Below are positions 25,414 through 38,408 of a DNA stretch of 64,000 nt, piece by piece. The first letter of the stretch is position 1, and each line of letters starts with the position of its first letter. Made by a program: the position numbers and the translations under genes. Under the pieces are notes generated by a model. It was not told the origin of the DNA and made no database searches. It worked only from the letters and a program-made list of their open reading frames with translations. Origin of the DNA: Clostridia bacterium (lineage in GTDB: Bacteria > Bacillota > Clostridia > Oscillospirales > QAKW01); the NCBI GenBank assembly GCA_017560905.1, contig JAFZEA010000002.1, positions 19,497 to 83,496 of the forward strand, written 5' to 3'.

Positions 25414-25998
25414 TTATTTTGTTTCTTCTAAGTAGTAACTGGCTTCCATATCGGCGACAGAGAGGGCGAAAGCAAGGGGGTACATTTCAAATGCTTTGCC
25501 GACGTTTCTCGGATCGTCGGTGGTGGAAAAGCCCATATGATAGCGGATAGCGAATGCCTCCTCACGGGTCAGCTTCATAAAGCCGCTGATGATGTACACA
25601 CTCTTTTCTCCGTGTCCGTAGGGCAGGTTATCGTCAAACTCAAAGTAAGGTACCTTGATCCACTGGCCTGCCTCGTTTTTGGTATTGCGATAGGAGGTCT
25701 TGTAACAGTTCATTTTGCACAGATCGTGCAAAAGCGAAACGATCGCAATGCTCTCATCGCTGTACTCATTTGAAAAGAGTTTTTTGGTATAGGGACGCTC
25801 AAGGTATTCCTTAAGATTATGATAAACATTAATACTGTGTTCACACAGACCGCCCTCGTAGTTGCCGTGAAAACGGGTGGAGGCAGGGGCGGTAAAAAAG
25901 TCAGAGCCGGCGGAAAGCATATAGCTGAGCAGCTCCTCGGCGCCATCCCTTTTAATGTACTTTCTGTAAATCTCGCAAAATTGTTCGGGGAAGCCCAT
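25414..25998 (-). CDS. HD-domain phosphohydrolase
   Basis: 194 aa, H...HD (LLHDLCK) metal motif. Confidence 0.7.
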   Translation of the reverse strand: MGFPEQFCEIYRKYIKRDGAEELLSYMLSAGSDFFTAPASTRFHGNYEGGLCEHSINVYHNLKEYLERPYTKKLFSNEYSDESIAIVSLLHDLCKMNCYKTSYRNTKNEAGQWIKVPYFEFDDNLPYGHGEKSVYIISGFMKLTREEAFAIRYHMGFSTTDDPRNVGKAFEMYPLAFALSVADMEASYYLEETK

Positions 25999-26010
25999 AG
26001 CGCATCTCCT

Positions 26011-27146
26011 TTATTTATTAAATACAGATTTCATCTTATCGGAGAAGCTCTTGCGTTTCTCCATATTTTTATCCCCCAAAGACTCGCCCAATTCCTTAAA
26101 CAGTTTCTTTTGCTTTTTGTCAAGGCTCTTGGGGATCTCCACCTCAAAGGTCACGTACAGATCGCCCTTGAAGGAGGTGCGGAACTGCGGAAAACCTTTA
26201 CCGCGGAAGCGCATGGTCATACCGGGCTGAACACCCTCGGAAAGCTTGTGCTCTCTGGGGCCATCCAGTGTGGGAATCTCCACCTTACAGCCAAGTGCCG
26301 CCTCGCTGATACTGAGGGGTACGGTGCAGTACAAATCATTACCCTGCCGTTTAAAGATCTTGTGCGGCAAAATATTGACCACTACATAAACATCGCCGTC
26401 GGGACCGCCGTTTTTACCTGCGTTGCCACGGCCGCGAATGGGCAAAGCCTGACCGTATTCCACGCCCGCAGGGATGGTGACGATCAACTTTTTGTTCACA
26501 ACATTGACACCACCCGAACAGTCGGGACACGGTGTTTTGATGCGCTTACCCTTACCGCCGCAAGAAGGACAAGGACGCTGACTCTGCATATTGCCGAGGA
26601 TGGTGCGCTGCACCGTAGTGACAACACCGCGTCCGCCGCACTGAGAGCAGGTTTCCATCTCGGTACCGTTTTTGGCACCGGTACCGCTGCAGGACTTACA
26701 GGCTTCTTTTTTACGGAAAGTGATTTCTTTTTCACAGCCGAATGCGGCTTCCTCAAAGGTAATGGTCACCGAAACCTCGATGTCCTCACCTTTTATAGGG
26801 GCGTTGGCACGGCTTCTGCCGCCGCCAAAGCCACCGCCGAAAAAGCTCTCGAATATATCGCCCATACCGTCAAAGCCGGAGAATCCGCCAAAGCCGCCGC
26901 CACCTGCTCCGAAGGAGGGATCAAAAGCAGCGTGACCAAACTGGTCATACTTTGCCCTTTTCTCCGCATCGGACAGTACCTCGTGCGCTTCGCTGATCTC
27001 CTTAAACTTTGCCTCGGCAGCAGTATCACCCGGATTGAGATCCGGGTGATACTGCTTGGCAAGCTTACGGTAGGCTTTTTTTATTTCATCCTCACTTGCT
27101 CCTTTGCTGAGCCCGAGGACTTCATAATAATCTCTTTTGTCAGCCA

Positions 27147-27147
<1 letters not shown>
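26011..27147 (-). CDS. dnaJ: molecular chaperone DnaJ
   Basis: J domain with HPD, G/F region, four CxxCxGxG zinc motifs. Confidence 0.97.
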
Positions 27148-28967
<1,820 letters not shown>

Positions 28968-28996
28968 AATTTATTCCTCCAATTATTATACAAAAT

Positions 28997-29536
28997 TTAG
29001 TTCGCTACCTTGACGGCGGCGTGACGAACGATCTGTCCGTCTTTATAAACATACCCTTTTTGCAGTATCTCAGCCAGAGAACTTTCGGGCAAGTTTTCAT
29101 CTTCAACGTGCATAACGGCTGCGTGTCGATTGGGATCAAACTCATCCCCCACTTCACCGAACTGTGTTACACCCATATTTTGCAATTCTTGCAGCATCTG
29201 GGTCATAATCATTGACACACCCTCTTTGAGAGGACTGTCCTCTGCGGTTGATGCAAGCGCTCTTTCCAGATTGTCGATGACCGGCAACATACACTTTGCC
29301 GCATAGACTATGCCGTCACCGTATCTGGCATCCTTTTCCTTCTGGGTGCGCTTACGGTAGTTGTCATATTCAGCCAGAGTGCGAAGCATCTGATCTTTTT
29401 GTGCCGCCAGTTCTTCTCTCAATGCGGCGATTTCTTTATCCTGTTTGGTGGTTTTAGCTTTTTTGGCTTTTTCCTTTTTGGGAGCTTGCTGCTCGGTTTG
29501 TTCGGTGGAGTTCACCGTCTTTTGCTCTTCCGTCAT
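28997..29536 (-). CDS. grpE: nucleotide exchange factor GrpE
   Basis: 179 aa, LRTLAEYDNYRKR motif, positioned between hrcA and dnaK. Confidence 0.95.
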   Translation of the reverse strand: MTEEQKTVNSTEQTEQQAPKKEKAKKAKTTKQDKEIAALREELAAQKDQMLRTLAEYDNYRKRTQKEKDARYGDGIVYAAKCMLPVIDNLERALASTAEDSPLKEGVSMIMTQMLQELQNMGVTQFGEVGDEFDPNRHAAVMHVEDENLPESSLAEILQKGYVYKDGQIVRHAAVKVAN

Positions 29537-29545
29537 AAAGACCTC

Positions 29546-30583
29546 CTACATATAATGTTCTTTCAGAAACTTTTCAATACAGCGGGCGAAATAATCCACC
29601 TGCGAAGCGCCTTTTCCGTAGTCCATACGCGTGGGTCCGAAAATAGACAGCGCACCCAACGTACCCAGATCGTCACCGTATTTACGGATGACCAGGCCCA
29701 TATCTCCCAACGTTTCGTCGCCGATCTCGTCACCGATCTCACTGCCGATCTTGATATGTACGCCGTCACTGTCACCGCTGGTGAGTATATGACAGAGCAT
29801 ATCCTCACGGCTGAGGAAAGACATAATATTCTGCGCTTTATGAATTTCGTAAAACTCAGGATGGGAGAGCATATGGCTCTGTCCACTGACGATGACCTTC
29901 GGTCGTTTGATACTGTGTACGATGTTTTTGACCATCCCCACCAGAAACTCCCAGTTTTTCTGCTTGATGCTGAGCAGTTTCTCCAATTCGTCAAAATCCG
30001 CATCCGACAGTTGTGTGATGGCGGCTTGCTGAACATAATGGCCCAGCGTATCATTGAGGTCCTGAATGTCTTCATCCGTTGCCAGAAAGTAAAGTCGGCA
30101 AAAGCTGTTTTTGACCTTACCGCTTTTGGTGATGACAACCAGATTAATCATATCGTCTGCAGTCTTGATGACCTCCATACGCATAATACGGTCACTGTCA
30201 TTCTGCTGTACGACGGCGGCCGAGGTATAGCCGGTGATGCGAGAAAACATTGTGATGGCTTCTTTGAGAAAGTCATCGGCGGTGGCATTGATGGAGCTGA
30301 CCGCTGCTACCAACGCTTCCGTCGTTTTCATATCAAGACTGGGCAACTCCAAGAGATGGTCCACGTAAAAGCGGTATCCCGCTTCGGTGGGTACCCGTCC
30401 TGCCGAAGTATGCGGCTGATGCAGATACCCCTTCTTTTCAAGGTAAGCCAAATCGTTACGTATCGTGGCGGAGGAAACGTCCAAGCCTTCTTTTTGAAGA
30501 ATATATTTACTGGAAACCGGTTCACCGTTTTCGATATAACTCTCAACTACTGTCTTGAGTATCGCTTGTTGTCTTGGTTTCAC
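29546..30583 (-). CDS. hrcA: heat-inducible transcription repressor HrcA
   Basis: GTG start behind AAGGAGGA. The longer ORF-track start (30649) would run through the CIRCE operator and the -10 box. Confidence 0.92.
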   Translation of the reverse strand: MKPRQQAILKTVVESYIENGEPVSSKYILQKEGLDVSSATIRNDLAYLEKKGYLHQPHTSAGRVPTEAGYRFYVDHLLELPSLDMKTTEALVAAVSSINATADDFLKEAITMFSRITGYTSAAVVQQNDSDRIMRMEVIKTADDMINLVVITKSGKVKNSFCRLYFLATDEDIQDLNDTLGHYVQQAAITQLSDADFDELEKLLSIKQKNWEFLVGMVKNIVHSIKRPKVIVSGQSHMLSHPEFYEIHKAQNIMSFLSREDMLCHILTSGDSDGVHIKIGSEIGDEIGDETLGDMGLVIRKYGDDLGTLGALSIFGPTRMDYGKGASQVDYFARCIEKFLKEHYM

Positions 30584-30608
30584 TGTGGGACATCCTCCTT
30601 TTTTGGAC

Positions 30609-30635
30609 TTTAGCACTCTTTGTGTTCGAGTGCTA
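30609..30635. promoter_or_regulatory. CIRCE operator (HrcA binding site) of the hrcA-grpE-dnaK-dnaJ operon
   Basis: TTAGCACTC-N9-GAGTGCTAA, a perfect consensus. Confidence 0.95.
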
Positions 30636-30640
30636 ATTTT

Positions 30641-30668
30641 ATTATACACACTTTTAATTTTAAGTCAA
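30641..30668 (-). promoter_or_regulatory. sigma-A promoter of the hrcA operon
   Basis: On the minus strand: TTGACT, 16 nt, TATAAT, immediately upstream of CIRCE. Confidence 0.6.
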
Positions 30669-30748
30669 TAGATTTTCATAATTTTTTTGCATTTCAAATT
30701 CCTTGACAGATGTGTTATAATATTCATAATACTATATGAGGTACAAAG

Positions 30749-30942
30749 ATGAACATTTTATGGATCGGAAACAGTTTTACTTACGTTAATGATCTGCCTG
30801 CTATGTTTGACGCACTGCCAAAAGCGAGTGCAAGGAAATCTACACCGACTCGGTCACCAAGGGCGGCTGGTATCTGAGCCGTCACGCTGACCCCGAAAGC
30901 GCACAGATCATCAAAAATATGGTAGCAAAAATCGGAGAATAA
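30749..30942 (+). pseudogene. frameshifted, truncated SGNH/DUF4886-like hydrolase remnant
   Basis: MNILWIGNSFTYVNDLPAMFDAL... continues in another frame as ...KEIYTDSVTKGGWYLSRHADPES..., then stops. Only about 65 codons remain. Confidence 0.55.
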
Positions 30943-30943
30943 T

Positions 30944-32695
30944 ATGCAGCTTGCAAAAACGCCCCTGCCCATGACACGGGCAGAACTGAACGAATTGAAT
31001 ATCGGACAACCCGACTTTATCATCGTCAGCGGTGATGCCTACATCGACCATCCCTCTTTCGGTACCGCCATCATCGGCCGGGTATTGGAGAGAGCGGGTT
31101 TCTCGGTGGGTGTAATCGCCCAGCCCGACTCGAAAAGTAAAGCAGACTTTACCCGACTCGGTGAACCGAAACTTGCTTTTTTGGTTAACGGCGGCAACAT
31201 AGATTCCATGGTAGCCAACTACACCGTGGCCAAGCGCCGCCGCGATTACGATTATTATACCCCGAAGGGGCAGGTCGGCAAACGTCCCGACCGCGCCGTA
31301 ATCGTCTACTGTAACAAACTCAGAGAATTTTACGGCAACAAGCCCATTATTATCGGCGGTATTGAAGCCTCTTTGCGACGGTTTGCCCACTACGATTATT
31401 GGGACAATAAAATCCGAAGAAGCATTCTGGCAGACAGCGGCGCCGACATACTGTGCTACGGTATGGGCGAGCGCTCCATCGTGCGGTTGGCGCAACTGTT
31501 GGAGCGAGGTATCCCCGTCAAAAAAATCAGAGATGTGGCCGGCACCGCCGTATTTACCGAACGGGACTATGTTCCGAAAAAAGAGCATATTTTTCTCCCT
31601 GCATTTAAAGAAATAAAGGAAGATAAGTTAAAGTATGCCGAGTCCTTTAAACTGCAGTATCAAAACTGCGATTCGGTCGGCGGCAAAATACTGTGCGAAG
31701 CATATGATGAGGGTCTGCTGGTGCAAAATCCGCCTGCCCCGCCGCTCAGCACAAAAGAACTGGACGAGCTGGCCGAAATAGCATATACACGAAAGCCGCA
31801 CCCCTGCTATGGAAAAAGCGGTGTTCCTGCGCTGACGGAGGTAGAGTTTTCCGTTACGCACAACAGAGGATGCTTTGGCGGATGCGCCTTTTGTGCCATT
31901 GCCTATCATCAGGGCAGAGCGGTCACCTCGCGCAGTATTGACTCGGTGGTAAAAGAAGTGGAGTTTCTCACCACGCTCCCCGATTTTAAAGGCTATATTC
32001 ACGACATCGGCGGTCCTACCGCCAATTTTCGTGCCGGTCCCTGCAAGGCGGTGGCAAGCGGTGAAAAAGGTGTATGCGCCACACGGCGTTGTCTGACACC
32101 CAAGCCTTGTCCCAACCTTATGGTAGACCACAACGAATATATTGAATTGCTCAAAAAAGCCGCCGCAGTCAAAGGCGTTAAAAAAGTATTCGTTCGCAGC
32201 GGCATCCGACACGACTATGTTTTGGCAGACAAAGCAAGCGGTGACAGATTTATTACCCAACTTGCCAGAGAGCACACCTCCGGGCAACTGCGCACCGCAC
32301 CCGAACATATCTGCCCCGAAGTATTGACGCTGATGGGAAAACCGCCCTACGAGGTATACGAAAAGTTCGTAGCCAAGTTTAATGCCGCAAGTAAAAAGGC
32401 AGGACAAGAGCAATACGTCCTGCCCTACCTGATGTCCTCTCATCCCGGCTCCACTATGCGCAGTGCCGAAAAGTTATCAGCCTATATTAAAAAGAACAGC
32501 GTGCGCTCTGAGCAGGTACAGGATTTTTATCCCACACCGGGCACGGCGGCTACCGTGATGTATTATACGGGGATCGATCCTTTCAGCGGCAAAAAAGTAT
32601 ACGTTGCCACCTCTCCCGAAGAAAAACGGGCGCAACGCGCTCTGCTGAACACCGGTCGTCGCCATAATAAGAACAGGAGTAAGAACAAGAGATGA
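30944..32695 (+). CDS. ygiQ: YgiQ-family radical SAM protein (UPF0313)
   Basis: 583 aa. N-terminal PDFIIVSGDAYIDHPSFG, radical SAM CFGGCAFC. Confidence 0.9.
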   Translation: MQLAKTPLPMTRAELNELNIGQPDFIIVSGDAYIDHPSFGTAIIGRVLERAGFSVGVIAQPDSKSKADFTRLGEPKLAFLVNGGNIDSMVANYTVAKRRRDYDYYTPKGQVGKRPDRAVIVYCNKLREFYGNKPIIIGGIEASLRRFAHYDYWDNKIRRSILADSGADILCYGMGERSIVRLAQLLERGIPVKKIRDVAGTAVFTERDYVPKKEHIFLPAFKEIKEDKLKYAESFKLQYQNCDSVGGKILCEAYDEGLLVQNPPAPPLSTKELDELAEIAYTRKPHPCYGKSGVPALTEVEFSVTHNRGCFGGCAFCAIAYHQGRAVTSRSIDSVVKEVEFLTTLPDFKGYIHDIGGPTANFRAGPCKAVASGEKGVCATRRCLTPKPCPNLMVDHNEYIELLKKAAAVKGVKKVFVRSGIRHDYVLADKASGDRFITQLAREHTSGQLRTAPEHICPEVLTLMGKPPYEVYEKFVAKFNAASKKAGQEQYVLPYLMSSHPGSTMRSAEKLSAYIKKNSVRSEQVQDFYPTPGTAATVMYYTGIDPFSGKKVYVATSPEEKRAQRALLNTGRRHNKNRSKNKR

Positions 32696-32938
32696 CAACC
32701 AACACACTATGCAGCTGTGGTAAGATTCATACCGACATTGTAAAAAAATCATTCTGAAAAAAGGTGCCGTAGCAGACCTTCCCGAATGTCTGCAGGAGAT
32801 GGGCGTACAAAAGGCCTTTTGCTGGCTGACCGCAACACCTATGGTGTGGCGGGCGATAAAATCGAGGCCCTGCTGCATCAAAACAGCATCGCCGTATCAA
32901 AATACATATTCCCCGAAGAGCAGCAGGCAGTGCCGTAA
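32692..32938 (+). pseudogene. frameshifted N-terminal remnant of an iron-containing alcohol / glycerol-1-phosphate dehydrogenase-family gene
   Basis: MTTNTLCSCGKIHTDIVKK / IILKKGAVADLPECLQEMGVQKAF / LADRNTYGVAGDKIEALLHQNSIAVSKYIFPEE is spread over three frames (one shift is at an A7 run) and then truncated. Confidence 0.55.
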
Positions 32939-32990
32939 TGCACTAAGATAAATAGGTTCTCTCCCGATTGTTCTGGGATCTTGGAATTGA

Positions 32991-33026
32991 AAAAACGGTG
33001 TTTGTCCCAAGACAAACACCGTTTTT
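32991..33026. terminator. bidirectional intrinsic terminator
   Basis: aaaaacggtgtttgtc-ccaa-gacaaacaccgttttt. Confidence 0.85.
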
Positions 33027-33033
33027 ATGTAAT

Positions 33034-33609
33034 TTACTGAGCTCGAAACGTTACGCTATCGTCTGTCATAGAATCGACAATGGCCAGACTCTCCACGCGG
33101 TAGCCCTCGGCACGCAGTGCATCACCGCCGCCCTGAAAGCCCTTTTCAATAGCAGTAGAAATGCCTGCCACCGTTGCACCCGACTGTCCCACAATATCGA
33201 TCAGTCCGCGCAAAGCATTGCCTCTTGCCAAAAAATCGTCCACGATCAGCACACGGTCATCGGCAGAAAGAAATTCCTTGGCGATTACCGCCACGTACTG
33301 ATTTTGGTGGGTGTAGGAATAGATCATCGAAGTATACACGTCCCCTGCAATATTGGTAGACTGATTCTTTTTGGCAAATACGGCAGGAATGTGCATATGC
33401 GCCGCCGCCGCAATGGCGATGGCAATGCCGGAAGCCTCAATGGTCACGATCTTGGTAATATTATCATTTGCGAACAGACGGGCGATCTCCTCGCCGATCT
33501 TCATAAGAAAATCAGCATCCAGCTGATGATTGAGAAAATTGCTGACCTTCAGAATGTTGCCGGGGTATACGGCACCGTCGGTAAGTATCTTTTGTTCCAG
33601 TTCTTTCAT
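33034..33609 (-). CDS. xpt: xanthine phosphoribosyltransferase
   Basis: 191 aa from MKELEQKIL behind GGAGG. PRPP motif VLIVDDFLARG. Confidence 0.9.
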   Translation of the reverse strand: MKELEQKILTDGAVYPGNILKVSNFLNHQLDADFLMKIGEEIARLFANDNITKIVTIEASGIAIAIAAAAHMHIPAVFAKKNQSTNIAGDVYTSMIYSYTHQNQYVAVIAKEFLSADDRVLIVDDFLARGNALRGLIDIVGQSGATVAGISTAIEKGFQGGGDALRAEGYRVESLAIVDSMTDDSVTFRAQ

Positions 33610-33680
33610 AGTGTTCCTCCCGGTTGTTCTATTAATAGAATAGTACCACAAAATCTGACAATTTGTCAATTGAGAAAAAG

Positions 33681-33704
33681 AAAAGGGCGGATCTCCGCCC
33701 TTTT
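33681..33704 (-). terminator. intrinsic terminator after hemW
   Basis: gggcgg-agat-ccgccc followed by TTTTCTTTTTCTC on the minus strand. Confidence 0.7.
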
Positions 33705-34764
33705 ATATTAGTTCTGCAATAATGGTGTTGGACAGCATAAAGCCCCGATCGTTAAGAACAAATCGGTCGCCTTGTATTGTTCCCAAGCCCATGGAAACAA
33801 AGTGCTCCGCCTTACTTTTATCTACAAGACCCAGCGGCACCCCGCTGTCGGTACGAAGTCCCAACATAATTTGCTCTTCCCGAATGTCGCTCTCCGAAAG
33901 CTGTTCAACCTCGTCAAAAGAAAAATCCTTTTTATCTATAAATTCAGATATATCCTCTGCAAAACTACAACGTTTTTCTCCCAGCTTACTGTGGGCAGAG
34001 ATTCCCAGACCCAGATAGTCCTCTCTGGTCCAGTAGCCACTGTTGTGCAAGGCTCTTTTGTCGGGGCGGCAGAAATTTGAAATTTCGTAGTGAACAAAAC
34101 CCGCTTGTTTGGTAAGTCTGAGCAGTGTGTCATACATTTCCATCTGCTGCTCTTCATCGGGAAAAGAAAACTCGTCCTGTCTTTCAAACAGTTCTGTCCC
34201 CTCCTCCAGTTGGAGATTGTAGCAAGACAGATGAGTAATGCCTGCATCCAGCAAGGTGCTGACACTGTTACTAAAGCTCTTCGGCGTTTGCTCCGGCAGA
34301 GCGTAAATGAGGTCGGCGCTGATATTATCAAACCCGTGGACTTTGGCAAGCTTCAGTGCCGACAGGGCCTTATCTGCGGTATGCAGTCTGCCGACGGCTG
34401 AGAGCTCTCTGTCACTGAGGCTCTGCACCCCAAAGGACAGACGGTTGACGCCTCCCGCTTTGAGCTGCCGAAGCAACTGCGACGTGGTGCTTTCGGGGTT
34501 GAGTTCCACCGTAAATTCCTCTACAGTATCGGTATACGGCAAAAGTACACCAAGTAACTTTTCCCACAAATCAAGCGGCAACACGCCGGGCGTGCCGCCG
34601 CCGATATAAATGGTTCTGAGCGTTTTATCTTGCAAATGATGTCCGATCAGCGCAATCAGTCGGTCTACATACCGACGCATTGTTTCATAAGAATGAACTC
34701 CCGAACAAAAGGCACAATATCTGCACTTCTGCTTGCAGAAAGGCAGATGGATATAGAGCATCAT
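33703..34764 (-). CDS. hemW: radical SAM heme chaperone HemW (HemN-like)
   Basis: 353 aa, [17 protein letters not shown] motif. 4-nt overlap with lepA. Confidence 0.9.
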   Translation of the reverse strand: MMLYIHLPFCKQKCRYCAFCSGVHSYETMRRYVDRLIALIGHHLQDKTLRTIYIGGGTPGVLPLDLWEKLLGVLLPYTDTVEEFTVELNPESTTSQLLRQLKAGGVNRLSFGVQSLSDRELSAVGRLHTADKALSALKLAKVHGFDNISADLIYALPEQTPKSFSNSVSTLLDAGITHLSCYNLQLEEGTELFERQDEFSFPDEEQQMEMYDTLLRLTKQAGFVHYEISNFCRPDKRALHNSGYWTREDYLGLGISAHSKLGEKRCSFAEDISEFIDKKDFSFDEVEQLSESDIREEQIMLGLRTDSGVPLGLVDKSKAEHFVSMGLGTIQGDRFVLNDRGFMLSNTIIAELI

Positions 34765-36566
34765 GAGTCAAGCTTGAGGACCGCCATAAATGCCTCTTGC
34801 GGTACCTCTACGCTGCCCAACTGGCGCATACGCTTTTTACCCTCTTTTTGCTTTTCGAGCAGTTTCTTTTTACGGGTGATGTCACCGCCGTAACATTTGG
34901 CCAGAACGTCTTTGCGCAAGGCCTTAACCGTTTCACGGGCAATGATCTTGCTGCCCACCGCCGCCTGAATGGGAATCTCAAACATTTGTCTGGGAATATG
35001 TTCTTTGAGTTTTTCAGCCATTTTACGACCACGGGTATAAGCGTTGTCGGTAAACACAATAAAGGACAGCGCGTCCACTACCTCACCGTTAAGCAAAATA
35101 TCAAGCTTAACCAGCTTACTGGGACGATAATCCGCCAGCTCATAGTCAAAAGAAGCATAACCGCGGGTACGGGATTTGAGCGCATCAAAGAAGTCGTAGA
35201 TGATCTCGTTGAGAGGCAACTCATAGTGGATGCTCACACGGTCGGTGTCCAGATACGTCATATTAATATACACTCCGCGCCGCTGTTGACACAACTCCAT
35301 AATGGTACCCACGTATTCCTCGGGAGTGATAATATCTGCCTTAACAAAAGGCTCGCTGGCCTCCACAATCTTGGCAGGGTCGGGATAGTTGGTGGGGTTG
35401 TCTACCTCAATTTCCTCGCCGCCCGCCAACTTAACTTTATAAATAACGGAAGGCGCGGTGGTGATGATATCGATCAAAAACTCACGCTCAATGCGTTCTT
35501 GAATGATCTCCATATGAAGCAATCCCAAAAAGCCGCAACGAAAACCAAAGCCCAGTGCGCCCGACGTTTCGGGTTCATAGAGCAGAGCTGCATCGTTGAG
35601 TTCCAGCTTAGCCAACGCTTCTTTGAGGTCTTCGTAACGGGCACCGTCGGCAGGATAAATGCCGCAGAACACCATAGGATTTGCCTTTTTGTAGCCCTCC
35701 AGAGGGGTGTCGGCGGGACGATGATTCAGCGTGACGGTATCACCAACACGGGTTTCGGATATACTCTTGATGCTGGCGGTAAAATAACCTACCTCACCTG
35801 CAGTTAAGGTATTCGTCTTTTCGCCGCCGAATACACGCAGGTATCCGACCTCCACCACGTCAAAGACCGCTCCCGTGGACATCAGGCGCACCTGATCTCC
35901 CACCGACAGCTTACCGTCCACAATACGGATGTAGACGATAACACCTTTATAACTATCATATATACTGTCAAAAATCAGCGCTTTGAGCGGTGCGGACTGG
36001 TCACCGTCGGGGGCAGGAATCTTTTCAATGACCGCCTCCAAAATATCGTGAATATTCTCACCCGTCTTAGCAGATACGCGAGGCGCATCCTCGGCGGGTA
36101 TACCGATAATATCCTCGATCTCACGGATAACTCGTTCAGGGCTGGCACTGGGCAGATCGATCTTGTTGACGACCGGCACGATTTCCAGATCGTGTTCAAG
36201 GGCCAGATATGTATTGGCCAGTGTCTGCGCTTCGATACCCTGCGATGCATCCACCACCAATACAGCACCCTCACAAGATGCCAACGAACGGGACACCTCG
36301 TAGTTAAAGTCCACGTGTCCGGGCGTGTCGATCAGATTGAGGGCATACTGCTCTCCGTTATCGGCGGTATAGTCCATACGTACCGCACGTGATTTGATGG
36401 TGATTCCTCTCTCCTTTTCCAGATCCATATTGTCCAGCATCTGTTCGCTGACGTCACGGCTGTCCACCGCCTTACACTCCTCCAGCAAGCGGTCGGCAAT
36501 CGTGGATTTGCCGTGGTCAATATGTGCCACAATGGAAAAATTGCGAATATGTTTTTGATCCGGCAC
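34761..36566 (-). CDS. lepA: translation elongation factor 4
   Basis: 601 aa, [17 protein letters not shown]. Confidence 0.97.
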   Translation of the reverse strand: MPDQKHIRNFSIVAHIDHGKSTIADRLLEECKAVDSRDVSEQMLDNMDLEKERGITIKSRAVRMDYTADNGEQYALNLIDTPGHVDFNYEVSRSLASCEGAVLVVDASQGIEAQTLANTYLALEHDLEIVPVVNKIDLPSASPERVIREIEDIIGIPAEDAPRVSAKTGENIHDILEAVIEKIPAPDGDQSAPLKALIFDSIYDSYKGVIVYIRIVDGKLSVGDQVRLMSTGAVFDVVEVGYLRVFGGEKTNTLTAGEVGYFTASIKSISETRVGDTVTLNHRPADTPLEGYKKANPMVFCGIYPADGARYEDLKEALAKLELNDAALLYEPETSGALGFGFRCGFLGLLHMEIIQERIEREFLIDIITTAPSVIYKVKLAGGEEIEVDNPTNYPDPAKIVEASEPFVKADIITPEEYVGTIMELCQQRRGVYINMTYLDTDRVSIHYELPLNEIIYDFFDALKSRTRGYASFDYELADYRPSKLVKLDILLNGEVVDALSFIVFTDNAYTRGRKMAEKLKEHIPRQMFEIPIQAAVGSKIIARETVKALRKDVLAKCYGGDITRKKKLLEKQKEGKKRMRQLGSVEVPQEAFMAVLKLDS

Positions 36567-36567
36567 T

Positions 36568-36771
36568 TCAAAATCTCCTTAACGTAAATTCTCGATTGAG
36601 TAAAGTAATGCGATAATAGTCTTCGTCAGCGGTCACCGAAAGCAAAACATTGTCTTCCAGATATCCGCCAACCTTTTTGCTGCCCCTGTCTGCCTCGGAC
36701 ACCCCCCAACAAACGGCAAACATCACGATCATAACAAACAGGTGAAGCTGTATCAGTTTCCATTTTTTCAT
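36568..36771 (-). CDS. small membrane-anchored hypothetical protein
   Basis: 67 aa with a single N-terminal TM helix. Directly upstream of lepA. Confidence 0.4.
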   Translation of the reverse strand: MKKWKLIQLHLFVMIVMFAVCWGVSEADRGSKKVGGYLEDNVLLSVTADEDYYRITLLNREFTLRRF

Positions 36772-36810
36772 ATTTTCACCCCACTATAGTGTGGGCGAAA
36801 ATACGGGAAA

Positions 36811-37539
36811 TTATTTGGAAAGCTGTTCTCTTAAATATGCGGGGCGATTGGTGATCAGTGAGGTAACACCCGCCTCGGCCAAAGCCTTGGCATCCTCGGG
36901 ATCATCCACTGTCCAAACGTTGACCTGCCAACCGCTCTCCAGCGCCTTACGGCAGAGGTCCTGCCCATTAAAGCATTTGATGCCGGGATGGATGGCAAAT
37001 ACGCCAAGATTTTTCATATACTCATAGGCGTTATAGGGCGAATGACTGTACAGCGTCGCAATCTTGGCAGAAGGATCGTACTCTTTGAGTCGGCGCAGCA
37101 TCTCGTGGTCAAAGGATGAGTAAATGATCTTATCATTCAGATCAAACTCACGAACCATATCGGATACCGCTTTTTCCAGACCGTCTACCTTTTCTCCTCT
37201 GTTTTTCAGTTCAATATTAAGAAGCAAACCACTCTCTTTGATCAACTCCAGAACTTGACTGAGCAGCGGAATCTTTTCTCCTGCAAACTGCTCACCCTTG
37301 AATACACCGAAATCCAGTTTCAACAACTCTTCCAGTGTGCAATCCTCAATATTGCCCTCACCGTTTGAAGTTCGATTTACGTCGTCATCGTGGCAAACGA
37401 TCAGGTGACCATCCTTGGTAAATTGTACATCAATTTCAATACCGTCCGCCCCCTGCTCGATCGCCTTACGAAAGGCAAGCATAGTATTTTCGGGATAATC
37501 AAAGCTGGCACCTCTGTGCGCATAAATCAGTTGTTTCAT
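36811..37539 (-). CDS. glycerophosphodiester phosphodiesterase
   Basis: 242 aa, AHRGAS...ENT and GADGIEIDVQ motifs. Confidence 0.9.
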   Translation of the reverse strand: MKQLIYAHRGASFDYPENTMLAFRKAIEQGADGIEIDVQFTKDGHLIVCHDDDVNRTSNGEGNIEDCTLEELLKLDFGVFKGEQFAGEKIPLLSQVLELIKESGLLLNIELKNRGEKVDGLEKAVSDMVREFDLNDKIIYSSFDHEMLRRLKEYDPSAKIATLYSHSPYNAYEYMKNLGVFAIHPGIKCFNGQDLCRKALESGWQVNVWTVDDPEDAKALAEAGVTSLITNRPAYLREQLSK

Positions 37540-37542
37540 CGT

Positions 37543-38349
37543 TTATTCCCCCGTAATTTCTTCGATTTCCGATTGCTTGGCAGGGTCAGGTTGATACTTT
37601 GCACATTCTATGGAAAGCATTACCGCCAATCCCCAAAAGACCAGATCGGCAACAGCCTCGGCCGTTGAGAGAACATTAAAGCCGCTGACATATACCATAT
37701 CAAGCACCGATGACACAGGCGCCAATATGCCGATGGATACGCCCATCATCAGGCAAAAGCTTACCTTTGTCATTTTTTCATTAAACTGCATAAACAGTTT
37801 GGTAATGGCAATTACCGTAACGATTCCGGCACACTGCCCCAATACTGCTATCACCGTTTCCGAAGCCTTAATCTCCTTAAAGGTGGCAAAAAACTGTCGG
37901 ATAATACGGGCGCAGGGATAGAGCAACGCAAACATTGCCATAATATTAAACATCGGTACACTTGAACGATCGCAACGAACGGCCAGCAAAATATAGTACA
38001 ACGCCGCTCCCAAAGTCAGCGCACACAGCCAATCCTTCTGCAAAAACAGTATCACGCTGAGTACGGCCAAAGTAAGCGCATACAGTATCGCCGTAAACCC
38101 CACGGTTCTGCGGCGGCCTATGTTAACCTCGGCAGGATAACGGTTGTCCTTTACAAAAAACACACTGAGCGCAGCAATAACAAACACGACCATACAAGCG
38201 TACAATGAATAAGACAGCACCATCTGCATCAAACTGTCCACAACAAAAAAGCCGTCCTTATCCATAGCAAACATATACTGCATCGCTCGCAGCAGTATAA
38301 ACAATCCACCCGCAATGAGGGCAACCGTATTTCCAAGTTTGATCTTCAT
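37543..38349 (-). CDS. hypothetical polytopic membrane protein
   Basis: About 7-8 TM helices with no recognised family. Start uncertain (38349 or 38382). Confidence 0.5.
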   Translation of the reverse strand: MKIKLGNTVALIAGGLFILLRAMQYMFAMDKDGFFVVDSLMQMVLSYSLYACMVVFVIAALSVFFVKDNRYPAEVNIGRRRTVGFTAILYALTLAVLSVILFLQKDWLCALTLGAALYYILLAVRCDRSSVPMFNIMAMFALLYPCARIIRQFFATFKEIKASETVIAVLGQCAGIVTVIAITKLFMQFNEKMTKVSFCLMMGVSIGILAPVSSVLDMVYVSGFNVLSTAEAVADLVFWGLAVMLSIECAKYQPDPAKQSEIEEITGE

Positions 38350-38408
38350 ATTATATCTCCAATAAAATAAAAAGTGCAACAATAAAATACTGCTGCACTT
38401 TTATGTGA

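Noticed and set aside
33610-33702. Expected a purine riboswitch upstream of xpt.
   Set aside because: The leader is only about 60 nt. It holds a TTGACA...TACTAT promoter and an RBS, with none of the conserved purine-riboswitch loops.
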